From positions 18,724,001 to 18,788,000 of the forward strand of contig CM060733.1 in the NCBI GenBank assembly GCA_030704615.1: DNA of 64,000 nt. Reading direction: 5' to 3'. Below are positions 14,425 to 27,109 of the stretch, in pieces. Each line of letters begins with the position of its first letter. Position 1 is the first letter of the stretch. Both the position numbers and the translations under genes were made by a program. This DNA comes from Takakia lepidozioides (lineage: Eukaryota; Plantae; Bryophyta). The notes below the pieces were generated by a model. It searched no databases. It was not told the DNA's origin and worked only from the letters and a program-made list of their open reading frames with translations.

Positions 14425-15420
14425 GTCAAAGCTGAAACTGTACTAGTTGTCATTCTGACCACTGCCCTAGTGGACATGTATGCCAAATGTGGGTGCAGCA
14501 AGCCTGATGCAAAGGGAGAGTTCGACAACATGGCTAAATGAGATGTGGTGTTGTGGACTGCCATGATTGTAAGGTGTGTGTAGCATAGGTGTGGGAGTAA
14601 GGCTTTGGAAACCTAAGAACAAATGATGTGGGAAAGGATGAAGCCAAACCAGGTCATGTTCATTTGTGTTTGTTAATATGCATATGCGAGCCTAGCAGCC
14701 CTGGGAAGGGGCCAAGAGGTTCATGGTGACATCATCAAAGCTGGAATTGTACCTGATGTCATTCTGAACATTCCCCTGGTGTACATGTATGTCAAATGCG
14801 AGCCTGGTAGCCCTGGAAAGGACGCAAAGGTCCATTATCAAATCTGGAATTGTACCACTAGATGTCACTCTAAACACTGCCTTGGTGGATATGTATGTCA
14901 AATGCACGCCTGGCAGCCCTGAAAAAGGGTACACAGGTCCACGGTGATATTGTCAAAGCTGGTATTGTATTTGATGTGATTCTGAACGTTGCCGTAGTGG
15001 ACATGTATGCCAAGGTTGCAGGGTGCAACTACAAGGATACATGGTTGTTTTGATAATATGGCTAAATGAGATGTGGTACCAGCCTAGCCCATAATTGCAC
15101 TTACCTAGAGTAGGCAATGAGTGAAGACGGGGTTTGTGATGTTGATCGTCCAAGCTGGAATTAAACAAATGTTGTTCTGAACTATGCCCTTGTGGACTTG
15201 TATGCCAAATTGGGGTGCATGGAGGATGATGATCCCAGGATATGCACAACAGCGGCACGGGATGGAGGCCCTTTGCAGAGGTCTATGAGCAAGTGGTGTG
15301 GGAAGGGATACTGCAGCGCAACCACATCGCGTTTGTTACATTTGCAACATGTGTGCAAGCCTGGCAGCCCTGCAAAATAGCAAAGAGGTTCGTGGTGGAA
15401 TTGTACTAGATGTCGATCTG
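14425..15420 (+). pseudogene. Degenerate PLS-class PPR motifs captured in Pack-CACTA 1
   Basis: TALVDMYAKCG..DVVLWTAMI; repeated LEKG.EVHGDIIK.GI.PDV.LN units with stops. Confidence 0.85.
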
Positions 15421-18400
15421 AACTTTGACATGATGCCAATGTGACAACAGGAAAGTATCCAGAAACAGGTCACAGAGACGAGGAGAAGTTGTGGAATGGT
15501 GGGACAACCGAGGGAAAAAGGTTAATGCCTGTTAGATTATAGAGGGCAGACGCAATTCAGCATAGAAACTAGTGTGATAAGCTGAGTTGGGTGTTTCCTA
15601 GAACAAATGTAGGCTGTCATTATCAGCTGCAAGGCAAGGAAGTATGCATGATTTGTGCAGAAGCAGTGATAGCTGAAAGAGCAGGGATAGAGTATGGGTC
15701 CAGATTCATCCAAGAGGGCCACATTTCAAGCACATGATTACCTATGATTACCTGTGGATTTAGCTATAAGAAACCTGCATGGGTAGATGGTGAACTGGAA
15801 GTCGCAGGAGTAGCGGCACAATTGATAAAATCAAGCACTGCTAATAAATGCACCTTCTTCATTTCACCCTGTTTTTCCCTCTTATCACAACCGGCCCTAA
15901 ATTTCAATGTCTGCAAGTTAGCTAGTTGAGTGAATCTAGTTTGGAGTGACTTTGACATGATATTGCCAATGTGACAACAGGAAAGTATCGAAAAACAGTT
16001 AACGGAGATGAGGGGAAGCTGTGGAATGAATACTTTTCTAACCCCAGTCAATGGTGGGACAACCGAGGCAAAAAGGTAAATGTCTGTTGGATTACAGAGA
16101 GTAACAGATGCAATTGAGAATAGGAACTAGTGTGGTAAGTTGAGTTGGGTGTTTGCTGGAACAAATGTAGGCTGTCATTGTCAGTTGCTAACAGCAATGC
16201 AAGGATATATGCATGATCTATGCAGAGGCATGGATAGCTGAAGGAGCAGGGATAGAGTGTGGGTCCAGATCATCCAAGAAAGCCGGATTTCAAGCTCCAG
16301 ATTACCTATGATTCCCTGTGGAAGGATAGCTACAAGAAACCTGCATGGGTAGTTGGTAGATAGTTTGGAGTGACTTTGATATGATATTGCCAAAGTGACA
16401 ATAAAAAAGTATCCACAAACAGGTAACAGTAGCAGATGCAATTCAGCATAGGCACTAAGGCAAACTCTCCTTCCCCCTAAGGGTGTGTTTTGGTATCTGA
16501 GCGAATAAATATTTTATCTAAGAATATAATTTCAAAAATTCGTTATTTAATAATGTGCCACTGTCCCATGTTGGTCAGTAATAATAATTATAATAACAAA
16601 TAATTATAATAATTATTTTAGTAATTATAATAACAATAAAGTAAATCTACAACCCCCAACAGCGACGCGTGTCAATTGACATGAGGAACCACGTGTCAAA
16701 ATCACGATGCGACACATGCTGACGTCTGATTCCCTCCTCTGCAGTCGGATGGCGTCGCAGTCTGACACGTGGCGTGTTCTGTAGAGAGCACGTGTCTCTA
16801 TTACACAGCGGCTGACATGGACCCGTTCAGTCATTCAGTAATGCCAGCGTGTATGACTACCCCCACAGCTGCTCTGGCGCCACGTGACAGCCAGCCTGGA
16901 GAGTCATATCTGCCATGTCACAATTGACTAGGTCTTTACGTCTGTAGAGTCAGGAAGTCGTAAATGGCTTCCATGACTGCATTTGCAGTCATAACACAGA
17001 GACGTAAAAGCCGCAATTTGTTGTAGTGTCTGCATGGTCTCAGAAGATTTATGGATCCCAGGAAGAGCTCAATTTTGTGCTATCAACCTCCCAAACAATG
17101 CAGGCTCCATAAGAATAGTCAACATCTACGCCCCCAACTCAACTGTGGATAGGACTGATTTCTGGTCGGCTATAGACAATAAAATGAAAGACAAGCTGTA
17201 CCTAGATAGCTGGATCTTGATGGGAGATTTCAATATGGTCGAAACCCTTCAAGATCGCAGGGGACCTTCCTCATCCAACCCATCCCAGGCAGAGACAGCT
17301 TCGTGGAACTCCCTTCACCAAAACCATAACCTTACCGAAGCCATCACCTCCTCTCACCCCAACTCCAACCGCCCCGCATTTACCTGGACAAACAACAGAT
17401 CACTCAATCACTTACAAATGGCCAGGCTAGATAGATTCTACACATCTCTAAATCTAGCTCAATGGATCTCCAGAAACCCTTAGGCTCCGATTCAACTAGG
17501 TTTTGACCACGCCCTAGTTTCAGCATCCCTCAACATCCCTAACACTCAGGCTAGAGGAAGAGGCACTTTTAAACTGAACTCCTCCTTGCTTAAACTAACC
17601 TCCTTCAAACAAGGCCTTGTACAAGCATGGTCTCAAGCAGGCATGCTTGCCAGAGACCCAACCTCCAAATTCGAAGCCAAGCTCAAAGCCACATCCAACG
17701 CTGCTCAAGATATGAGCAAAGTACTGGCCCTGGCCCGCTCCCGGAAAATCAAAGCCTTGACAAAATGCCTTTCCGCTTGTCAAGCTAGAATAGAATCCCC
17801 CAGATGTGATCTGCATACACACATGACCTATCTAGAAGCCAAACAAAACCTCAAAAACCTGCAATCAACTTTAGACCAAAAACTTAAACTTCAAGCGGGC
17901 ATCAACTGGTCTACAAAGGGTGAGAAGATAACAAAATACTTCTTTGACAAAACAAAGCTTCGTAGATCATCCCAAAACATCACTAAACTGATCGACCAAA
18001 CCTCGGGTGAGGTAGCCTCTGATCCCAAACAACTAGCAAGAATGGCAGAAAGACACCTTCAGTCCCTTTTCTACAACGGTTCTGAAGGAGACACGACTCT
18101 ATCTCATCGTCAACTAGACTGCTTGTTAAAAACTCCCACTATCCTTTCCGGAGACCTGGCAGGTACTCTGGAAGGACCATTCACAGAAAAGGAGCTGGAG
18201 ATAGCCCTCTTCAAGATGCACAATGGAAAATCGCTAGGGCTGGACAAACTCCCTGTGGAGTTCTACAAAAGCCTTTGGAAAGAAATTGCCAAAGACTTTC
18301 TCTCCATGGCAGATCACATCTTTGAGATAGGTCTGATGCCCGCTTCCATGTCCCAGGGGATGGTGACTCTCCTCTTCAAGAAAGGGGACTGTACCAACTT

Positions 18401-20747
18401 ATCTAACTACCGCCCCATCACCCTTCTCAACGTGGCTTACAAGATCATAGCCAAAGCACTGGCGCTACATCTACAACCACTGCTGCCCAAACTAATTAGG
18501 CCAAACCAAACCGGTTTCATTAAGGGTCGCTACATCATGGACAACCTGCTCCTGGCTCAAGAGGCCCCACTCTTCGCTCAGAAAACTGACCAAACCATTG
18601 CTTTGTTGCTCCTAGATTTTGAGAAAGCCTTTGATAGGGTGGAATGGTCATACCTATTAGGGACCCTTACCAAGATAGGCATTCCAGACTCGTTCTGTCA
18701 GTGGGTACGCATTCTGTTGGCAAATTCCTCCAGCAGAGTCATTGTCAACGGGCAGCTATCCAAACCATTCTCTCTTTACACTGGGTTCTGGGAAGACCTC
18801 TGGCAGATCTACAATTCGACCCCAAGGAATGGAGCTGGTCATTTAAAGGATCCCCAACCCCCTTCTTTGCATACACCACAAGGAAGGCATACAAAGCCAT
18901 GGCAGCCCCGGAACCCTTGCAGGATAAATGGAACACCAAATGGCAATCCTACGGCTTCAACAATGAGAATTGGAAAGTTATCTGGGGCTCTGTTTGAGGG
19001 AGAACTAGGCCTGCAAAATTATCTGCATTCCTTTGGCAGATTGCAAACAGGGTGTTCAAGGTGGGAGAATGGCTGCAATTTCAGGAAGCCCTTCTATGCA
19101 AGTGTTGTACCTCAAGCTTGCTGGAAACGCTCGAGCATTGCCTTCTAGGCTGCCACGCTCCCAGAAAAACGCACACTCTAAGAGCACAGCAATACACTGT
19201 CCGGTCTTCGAGTCTCTTCGGGCATCCACTCTGTGGCACATTTGGAAATCATGGTGTGCCTGGTCACTGTTACATTCTACATGCTCTATGTCTGTGCTGC
19301 TCTCCAAAATTTTCTGGGACTTGCAAATTGAGGCAAGAAAGGCCTGGTTGAAACTGTGTGCAGATATTCGAAGAGCCCCCCGAAATGCAACAGGATTGCA
19401 TGCCTCATTCCGGGGTACTTGGGCAATCGGTGGCCACCTCTGCACTACCAGCGATCAATCTACATGCCACTGGTCAGCACTCCCCCCTGTCGCATGGAGG
19501 GATATCGGGACAGCAGTCCATGGGGGCATCCCCAGAGTTTGACAGGGATATTAACTGGAGGCACATCAAGACGGCTGCCAGACTCAAGTTTCTCTAGACA
19601 TTCTCATAAACTCCAATAGACCCAAGCTGTGTAGCCAATCTTGATCAGTTGAATCTTCGCATAGTAATGCTTACCTTGGAACGCAGCTACAATCCTAGTA
19701 CGCTGTCCGTAGAGCTCCTGCTCGTCCACCCCGACCCCCTAAGCGTCCAGCCCTTAGGGCTTGTCTAAACACTTCTATGCTTGTAAGCATTCCTACACAG
19801 AGAGAATGGTTTTCATCAGGATTGGATGAATGGCCAATCTGGCTAGCACTATTTCACAGAAACACTGTGGAGATGTTTAGCATCCACCTAGATTGATGCT
19901 AGTTGTTCTCACATTGATACACTCCTTTTAGAGGGGCACGTCCACCTTCACTGATTACGGTGTGTGTGCCTGTATGGCGTTCCAACGGGGTTTTAATTCT
20001 TTCCCCACAAATAATTATCATAATAAAGTTTCAGGGTCGAGGCCCTTTCTCAAAAGATTAAAAATATAAATAATAATAAATAATAATGATCAATACAGAA
20101 CTATTCAGTATATGTGAAAGCCTTTATATGAGCTCAAATGGTTTTGGAGTGTACTTACAATTGGTGACATATAGATCACGCGTAGAATCAAAGCATTTAG
20201 TATAAGTATAATCAGACAAATTATCACTATACTGTGAAAACCATCAACATAGATGTATTAGTGCCATAACAAGTAATCCAACACTGCCACATTATCAAAA
20301 GGTATTAGAATATAATACTTACTACCCAACAATCAGCTTACCAAACACCAAATATGCATATCAATATATGTAAAATCCTTCAATACTTACATGTACATAT
20401 ATAGTGCCATAAGAAATAATCCACGCTGTCAATTATCAATGGGTTATCCTAGTACAATACTAAAACAAGTATATATAGCCACAACATTTAGCCTAGAAAT
20501 ATCACATCTATAAAGGCACTTACCAACAAAATGATACCCTTGGAATGTAAATTGGGCATGTACAATCCCCCATTATTTCTAAGCATTCATTTGTTGTTCA
20601 AAGTGGGCTCCCCACCTTCCATACAAACTTTAGTCTAGTGCCAACAAAATGAATGACAATCAAACAACAAGCCTTAAGGATTTTCAATGTGACAAACTAC
20701 AATGAAGATGAGGAAACAGAAACCCTAACTCTAGTTTTGAAACTTAA

Positions 20748-20750
<3 letters not shown>

Positions 20751-20802
<52 letters not shown>
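20751..20802 (+). repeat. (GA)n microsatellite
   Basis: About 26 GA units seen directly. Confidence 0.95.
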
Positions 20803-20805
<3 letters not shown>

Positions 20806-20858
20806 AGAGATATTCAGAACAAATTGTCATAAGGATAAATGTCAATTCAAACCCATAC

Positions 20859-21400
20859 CTAAGTGACATCGAGAAAATGAGTGGAATGTTTCTCATAGAG
20901 TTTTCGTCCCAAATGCTTGCGATACATATATTTCTTCTTTTCCTACCACCAAGTGCCCATAAAGCTCCAACATCATCATTTTTGAGAATTCTCTTCTTTT
21001 ATTTTGCCTTGTACATGTTTCGAGGATGCATTCCAAGCACATTTGCTATGGATCTCCCACTATTCTCAGACACAATAGTCAAAAGAACCACATGTTTCCT
21101 ATCAAATGATCATTGGAATGCACATTTTTGTACATAGTTAAAGAGATAGCAATGTTGTTCAGAATTAATGTTGCTTGTTCTTCCAAATGTCTTGGTTCGA
21201 AAAGGTTTATAAACAAACCAAGTACAAGAGAATGATGTTGAATCTTTTTCCAAATCTCCTGTCTAGTTTCGATGTTTTGGTTTCCAATATAGTCATCCAT
21301 GTGTGCTACAATGGCCGTGATGAGCTGTTGTTTCCTGCATTCAGATCTATTTGCGACATCACTATGCTCCGCATCCGTCTCTGCATATAACCTCTCCTCA
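20859..21400 (-). pseudogene. Probable N-terminal exon of the Sola2-like transposase at 6000-8278
   Basis: Same strand; reads ..SIANVLGMHPRNMYKAK..LWALGGRKKR; ends at a donor ag|gtatgg at 20858. Confidence 0.5.
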
Positions 21401-21904
21401 CTTTACCTTGTCTTCACTCAACCCTATTTTAAGTAATTCCGGACTTTTGGCTTAAATCCGGACCAAACTTAATATATAACATAATTAAAATTAATTCAGA
21501 TATTAATAAAAATATCGTGGAATATTGAGTCATTTAACTTGTGAAGTTGCACAATCCCATTCATGTAACATCGAGTGGTAAGTCGAATGACGTACTTTAC
21601 ATCAGAAAATTATAAAGATAAGATCGATTGAATGAAGTTATTAATAAATTGATAGATGTATGACATAAACAGATGATTCAAGAAGATAATATACAAATGA
21701 AAAGTAAACATCCATACCATGCTTACATTATAGTAATACCATGAACCAATGTATTGCAAGTTTTCAATTGATGGATTAAAACGTTGAATAGAATAAGGTT
21801 GGATTTCAATGAAACATGTGAATTATGTTTCAAAAATATTTAGGGATCATTCCGATGTTCATATGACAACCAAATATTGTGGAAGAGTGTCATGTAGATT
21901 CAAC

Positions 21905-22125
21905 GACGCTACCGCGTGAGCGTGCGCTCACGCTATGCAGACATGGCGTGAGCGTAGGGGACCAGCAGCTCATGTGGCGTGAGCGTCGGCTCACGCTGAC
22001 GTGGCGTGAGCGTGAGGGTGATGTGGCGTGAGCGTGCTGACATGGCAGTGAACAACGTGATGTGGCAGTCATCATGCCTACGTGGAAGTCCACGTGGGAT
22101 TCAGTCAATGTGGCGGACGCCATGT
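21905..22125. repeat. Cluster of TGGCGTGAGCGT repeats, subterminal-repeat-like
   Basis: gcgtgagcgt five times plus inverted gctcacgc copies. Confidence 0.7.
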
Positions 22126-22161
22126 CAACATAAACATGTAGCGCCTATAGCCGAGGCACCT

Positions 22162-23757
22162 TTGTACCCAATGTCATTCTGAACACTGCCCTGGTGGACT
22201 GCATGTATGCCAAATGTGGGTGCATCGAGGATGCAAAGGAAGTGTTCGACAGTATGGCTGAACGAGATGTGGTGTCGTGGAGTGCGATGATTGCAGGATA
22301 TGCACAGCAAGGGCGCGGATGGAGGCTTTGGAGACCTATGAGCAATGATGCGGGAAGGGGTGATTCCCTGTGGAAAAATAGCTCCAAGAAACCTACATGG
22401 GTAGATGGTCAACTGGAAGCCGCAGCAGCAGTGGCACAATTGATAAAATCAGGCAATGCTAATCAAGGCACCTTCTTCAACACATTTCACTCTGTTTTCC
22501 CCTCTTATCAGAATCTCCCTAAATTTTCATGTTTTAAGAATTCTGCCACTATGCAACACGTGTCATATTTCACACCTTCGACAAGTCACTATGCAACACG
22601 TGTTCGTTCCTGTGTGGTGGTACGCATTAATTAATTATTAATTGATTTCCAATATTAAGTTTGAATATTAATGGATCTAATTTATTGTTATTATTATGAT
22701 GATTATTATTATTATTATAGGAAAAATGGACAATGGCCTTGATGAGAACATTATTAAATAACAAAATATTGAAATTATGTTTTTAGAAATTATATTTATT
22801 CGCTCAGATACCAAAACACACCCTTTGCAGGGAAGGAGAGTTTGCCTTAGTGTCTATGCTGAGTTGCGTCTCCTACTCTCTGTAATCTAATAGACATTCA
22901 CCTTTTTCCCTCGGTTGTCCCACCCTTGACTGGGATCAGAAAATCATTCATTCCACAACTTCTCCTCATCTCTGTTATATGTTTCTGGATACTTTCCTAT
23001 TGTCACTTTAGCAGTATCATGTCAAAATCACTCCAAACTATGTACCATCTACCCATGCAGGTTTCTTGTAGCTATCCTTCCACAGGGAATCATAAGTAAT
23101 CTAGAGCTTGAAATCTGGCCCACTTGGATGACACTCTATCCCTGCTCCTTCAACTATCCATGCCTCTGCACAGATCATGCATACATCCTTGCATTGTTGT
23201 TAGCAGCTGACAATGACAGCCTAGATTTGTTCCAACAAACACCCAACTCAACTTATGACACTAGTTCATATTCTCAATTGCATCTACCACTCTGTAATCC
23301 AAAGGCATTTACCTTCCAAGACGGTTGTCCCACCATTTACTGGGGTCAGAAAAGTATTCATTCCACAACTTCTCCTCTCTGTTACCTATTTCTGGATACT
23401 TTCCTATTGTCACTTTGGCAGTATTATGTCAAAGTCACTCCAACTATCAAAGGTTTACTCAACCAGTTCAAGGTGTGAAATCCGCCGTGAAACATGCCAC
23501 GCTAGCCTTTTTCACACTCTGCCATGTCAGCGGCCATGTCACCATGCACCCCGTGAAAAAAGCCACCCATGGAAAAAGCCTCCCGTGGAAAAAGCTACCC
23601 ATGGACTTTTCCACAGGGCCACCCGAGAGCCAGGCCGTCCACGGGGTGTCCGAAAGCACTAGTCGTTTCTTACACCCACGGCAGGTGTGGACTGCAGCTG
23701 ATTCCACAGCAAAAAGTGTGGAAAAAGCCGTGGAAAAAGCCGGTTTTTCTTCTAGTG
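22162..23757 (+). mobile_element. Right half of Pack-CACTA 2, ending in a right TIR
   Basis: PPR fragment 22162-22360; cargo shared with element 1 (22540-23460 inverted versus ~15900-16700); gtggaaaaagcc subterminal repeats; ends ..gccggtttttcttctagtg followed by AGG. Confidence 0.85.
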
Positions 23758-23789
23758 AGGGGAACACCTCTCCTTTTCTTCGCCTTCAT
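23758..23789 (-). pseudogene. Displaced 5' end (MKAKKRRGVP) of ParB-like gene B
   Basis: ATG at 23789 is in frame with EMDEDEE at 45021 downward when joined through one AGG. Confidence 0.8.
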
Positions 23790-23826
23790 TGAAATAGAAA
23801 AATTCTCCATGTAAAAGCAATGTCAC

Positions 23827-24525
23827 AAATTGAGTGCGTTGACGCACGCATTTCTGATGTCTCTACAGACTATGCATGTGCATTGTTTTTAGAAATGAGA
23901 GACCCATACGCAAGAGACCGTGCTTAAGTACTAACCCAAAGATTGCGTGCATCAACGCACATAATTTCGGTGGGTTCTCTGAAGTGTCTCTCGTGGATTT
24001 AAGACGATCTTCTTGTGCTCACACATTTGACCTTTCAGATCTGTTTAGAGCTCTGGATGTCCATAATAGCACCATCTGAAATTGAGTGCGTTGACGCACG
24101 CATTTCTGAAGCCTCTACAGACTGTACATCCTCTCTTCAACTTCAAGATACGCATGTGCATTGATCTCAAAAATGATAGACCGATACTCATGAGAATGTC
24201 CTTCAGAGAACCCATAGAAACTGCGTGCGTTAACGCACACAGTTTCGGAGGGTGCAATGAAGAGTTTCTCGTCAGATTTGTTTAGAGCTCTGCGTGTCCC
24301 TAAGAGCACCCTCCGAAATTGTGTGCGTTGACGCACGCAATTTCTGGGGTTTCTTTTAGGGACATTCAGAGATTTTTGTAGCTGATATCAGTAAACAAAT
24401 AATGCAGCCCATCTCCCTCTATTGATGGCTCCATTTAGAGATGCTAAGTGCAGAAAGTGGCTTTGAGAGCACCTCCAGAAACTGCGTGCGTTGACGCACG
24501 CAATTTTCAGGAGGTGCTCTCAAAG
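23827..24525. promoter_or_regulatory. Six ~26-bp quasi-palindromes (AATTGCGTGCGTTGACGCACGCAATT) between divergent gene B and the transposase
   Basis: Copies at ~23827, 23942, 24079, 24217, 24315, 24478; the last lies in a ~66-bp hairpin (24460-24525); a seventh copy at ~43245. Function is inferred. Confidence 0.7.
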
Positions 24526-24570
24526 GCCCTGCTATGTAGCCCACGTTGATGTCTGTCACTCCACTCTGAA

Positions 24571-27109
24571 GTGGAAAAAGACCTGGCAACGCGTTTTGAG
24601 TACCAGATTGGCACTGTTTTCCTCGAAAAAGAGGTCTACGATGTGCATGGGAAGTTGATCAAGTACTCATTTCAGAAACCGGATGATAATTCTCTTGTGA
24701 GTCAGTGGAGAGTGCCTCCAGGAAGATACAGGGTCGTCGGAGCTCCTCGGCGGCAGTCCAGTGGTTCGTATGCCCTGGGAACAGCTGGTTCTGTTGCTCA
24801 AGAGAAAAGGAATATCGTCGTGAAGACGGAGACCACTACTTCCACCCCAATAGTTGAGCTCTCGGACTCCTCCTCCGAGTACATTCCCAACATCCCAATT
24901 TATGTGCAAACACCGCCTGTCGTCAAACCGGAAGTGACACACCTCATCAGTGTCATTCCTAAACTGAAGTCAATGGGAGGAATGCCCGGTTTCCAGAGTG
25001 AATTGCGGGGGATTGACTGGGAGACAGTCCCTATTGAGTGTGTGGAGTTCCTGCCGAATGCTTATGATGGGGATGTCGTCTTCGAGCTACCTCCACCTGG
25101 GCAGGATGGACCCGTCACTAGCCTCATGCAGGGAATGGACAAGAGAGGAGATGGACACCCGTGGTGCAGAACGAAGACATCCAATATTCAAAATCATGAC
25201 AACCTCGTCTTCCGGAGAAGCCTGTGCAATGGGCACCTCATGTGCGAGAATTTGAATTGTAGGCATTTCCAACGGTTGAAGGTTCACAACCAGTGCAAGT
25301 GGGAGGGTGTCGCCAAAAATCCATTCAAACCCGGTGAGGCACCTCCAAGTTCCAACACTTTCGTTTGCAAGTTCTGCAAACAAACGTCTTCCTGTCTGGC
25401 AGTGTGTGCAGCACGCAAGTACTATGTTGTTCACCGTTTGAAAAACATGACTAGAGCCTGTGTACATTTCGGATTCCACAACCATCATGTGGTGAAGGGG
25501 GATTGCAGGGAGAGTGTTCAAACAGTGTCCAAGTTGATAAGACAGGAGTATGAGAGCAATCCAACAGCCACCACCTCCGCAATTGTGCTTGGAGCAAGCA
25601 AGAGTTTCTTGGAAAGCCATATTCTGAGTGTAGGGGACTCTGTGGGCAGGAAGCTGGACGGGCATGCCTTGGACAATGTTATGGATCACTTCTCAACCTT
25701 GAACTCACCGAACATTAGAAACCAGGTGAATGCATCGAGGATGGGCTATGCAAACAGAGGGTATATTGATAACATTTTGGAATTGAAATCTCGGAGCATG
25801 TACGACTATATTCAAGACAGCGTGTTCCCAGGTCAAGGATCCAACAAAGTGTACAATTTCAAAATGTCGACAACAGGGGAGGGCAGCGGAGTGAGCCTTG
25901 TCAAGCGCATCCAAAAAGATGGCGATCTGCAGAACTGTTTCCTTATGTTTGATCACGTCAAACGAATGAAAGACTGGACAACAATGGCGTGCCATGTTTA
26001 CGATCCTTTCTACCAGCGAGTCATGTCTATTGCAGTGTGTGACATGCAATCGGAGGATGCGGAGTCGCAGCAGCTTATGTGGAGATGTCTCATTCGCGTG
26101 ATGACATCCCATGGTGTCCCATCCCCAAATTTCACTGGTTTTATGGCCGATAGTGCTCAAGCAAATTTCAATGCTGTTCGCATTGTGTTCGGCTCAGGAG
26201 ATCCAAAAGTACCAATGCTAGGAAGCGAGCGAACATGTCTTTTCCATTGGACGCAATCCCTTGAGAAACATACCAAGGCAGACATCACACCAGACATGCG
26301 GGCGATTCATCTTAAACTATGCAAACAGTACAAAGATGCCAAAAGCATGGCGGAGGCGAATACTTTATTCCAGTCGATTCGTGCCTGGTGGTTCTCATCT
26401 GGGGCTGTATCAGAAGACAGTATGAGAGCGTTGGAAGACTGGCTAGCATTTTGGCACTTCCGGTACAGACAATGGGGAGCATGCATGACAACGGTACCTG
26501 AATTTCAGATCATGTATTCTCATTGGCTTTGTATGCATTTCCAATCATGCCTGCTGTCATGGGGTGTACCTGTCTGTCCTGATGTGTGTTTTCCCTTTTC
26601 TGCAGCACTTGTCAATTGAGGAGATGGCGGACATGCCCTCTTGCAATCTAGCGGAGACAGTGCACAATGCATGGTTGCAGTAGTCTGGAAAGCGGGGGCG
26701 GGATTTGTATCTGGCGACAGCAGATGATCTCATCCGAGCTCTGCAGCAACAAACGAGATATCGCGATTTCTTGAGGGGTGGCGTTGGTGGCAAAGGCCCT
26801 GACAAGTGTGAGTTGATGTTGCGAGCTGCAAAAAGATCGGGGGATCCAAACAAGATTGCCAGAGCTATCAGCATGTGTGCGGAGGGAACTCCTCTGGTGT
26901 CCAGAGTTCCCCATCTGGAGGGCGAGGAGAGATTCGGGTCCTGTAAACGGAAATTGAACACCTCTCCTGGGTCGGATGCAGACTCGCACAGGGCGGACAG
27001 GGACAACTTCTCCATTCCACGTGTTCCATTACATGAGAGGTTCGTCTCTAGTGGCACTCTAGAACTTCCTGAAGTGGAAGCACTTGCACGCACAGAGGCT
27101 TCTCGCTGA
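24571..27109 (+). pseudogene. GCM-domain / MULE-type DDE transposase with one intron and one nonsense codon
   Basis: DGHPW..C.GHLMC.N..C..C..C..H.GFHNH (GCM/WRKY-like); FDHVKR, FMADSAQAN, CLFHW (CxxH); phase-0 intron 26494-26605; then PSCNLAETVHN (catalytic E); TAG at 26681. Confidence 0.8.

Larger units (their letters stand above)
12149..17028 (+). mobile_element. Non-autonomous CACTA (Pack-CACTA) element 1 carrying PPR fragments
   Basis: 30-bp TIRs cactacaacagattgcggcttttacgactc / cactacaacaaattgcggcttttacgtctc (reverse complement); TSD TCT at 12146-12148 and 17029-17031; removal restores the LINE frame (..IHALC|MVSEDLW..). Confidence 0.95.
11884..19542 (+). pseudogene. LINE ORF2 (APE endonuclease and RT), split and internally deleted
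   Basis: SWNIRGL..IQEHK..GGTAIL | NIYAPN..MGDFN..FTW..RLDRFY..DH; RT NYRPITLLN..QTGFIKGR..LDFEKAFDRV; jumps at ~18780 to the C-terminus with no QG or YADD; stop at 17481. Confidence 0.9.
8800..20087 (+). mobile_element. L1-like LINE, defective and interrupted by a Pack-CACTA
   Basis: ORF1 with zinc knuckle; ORF2 with APE endonuclease, partial RT and C-terminal Cys motif; (AAT)n-rich tail ~20060-20087; 5' boundary approximate. Confidence 0.85.

Noticed and set aside
23827-24525. CRISPR-like array of palindromic repeats
   Set aside because: Repeats are degenerate, spacing is irregular (~100-160 bp), spacers partly repeat, there are no cas genes and the context is eukaryotic
25087-26160. Minus-strand ORFs of 200 and 151 aa
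   Set aside because: Antisense shadows of the transposase
26681-26683. Stop codon rescued by U-to-C editing or readthrough
   Set aside because: Such editing is organellar; a C>T decay mutation is simpler and neighbouring genes are also degenerate
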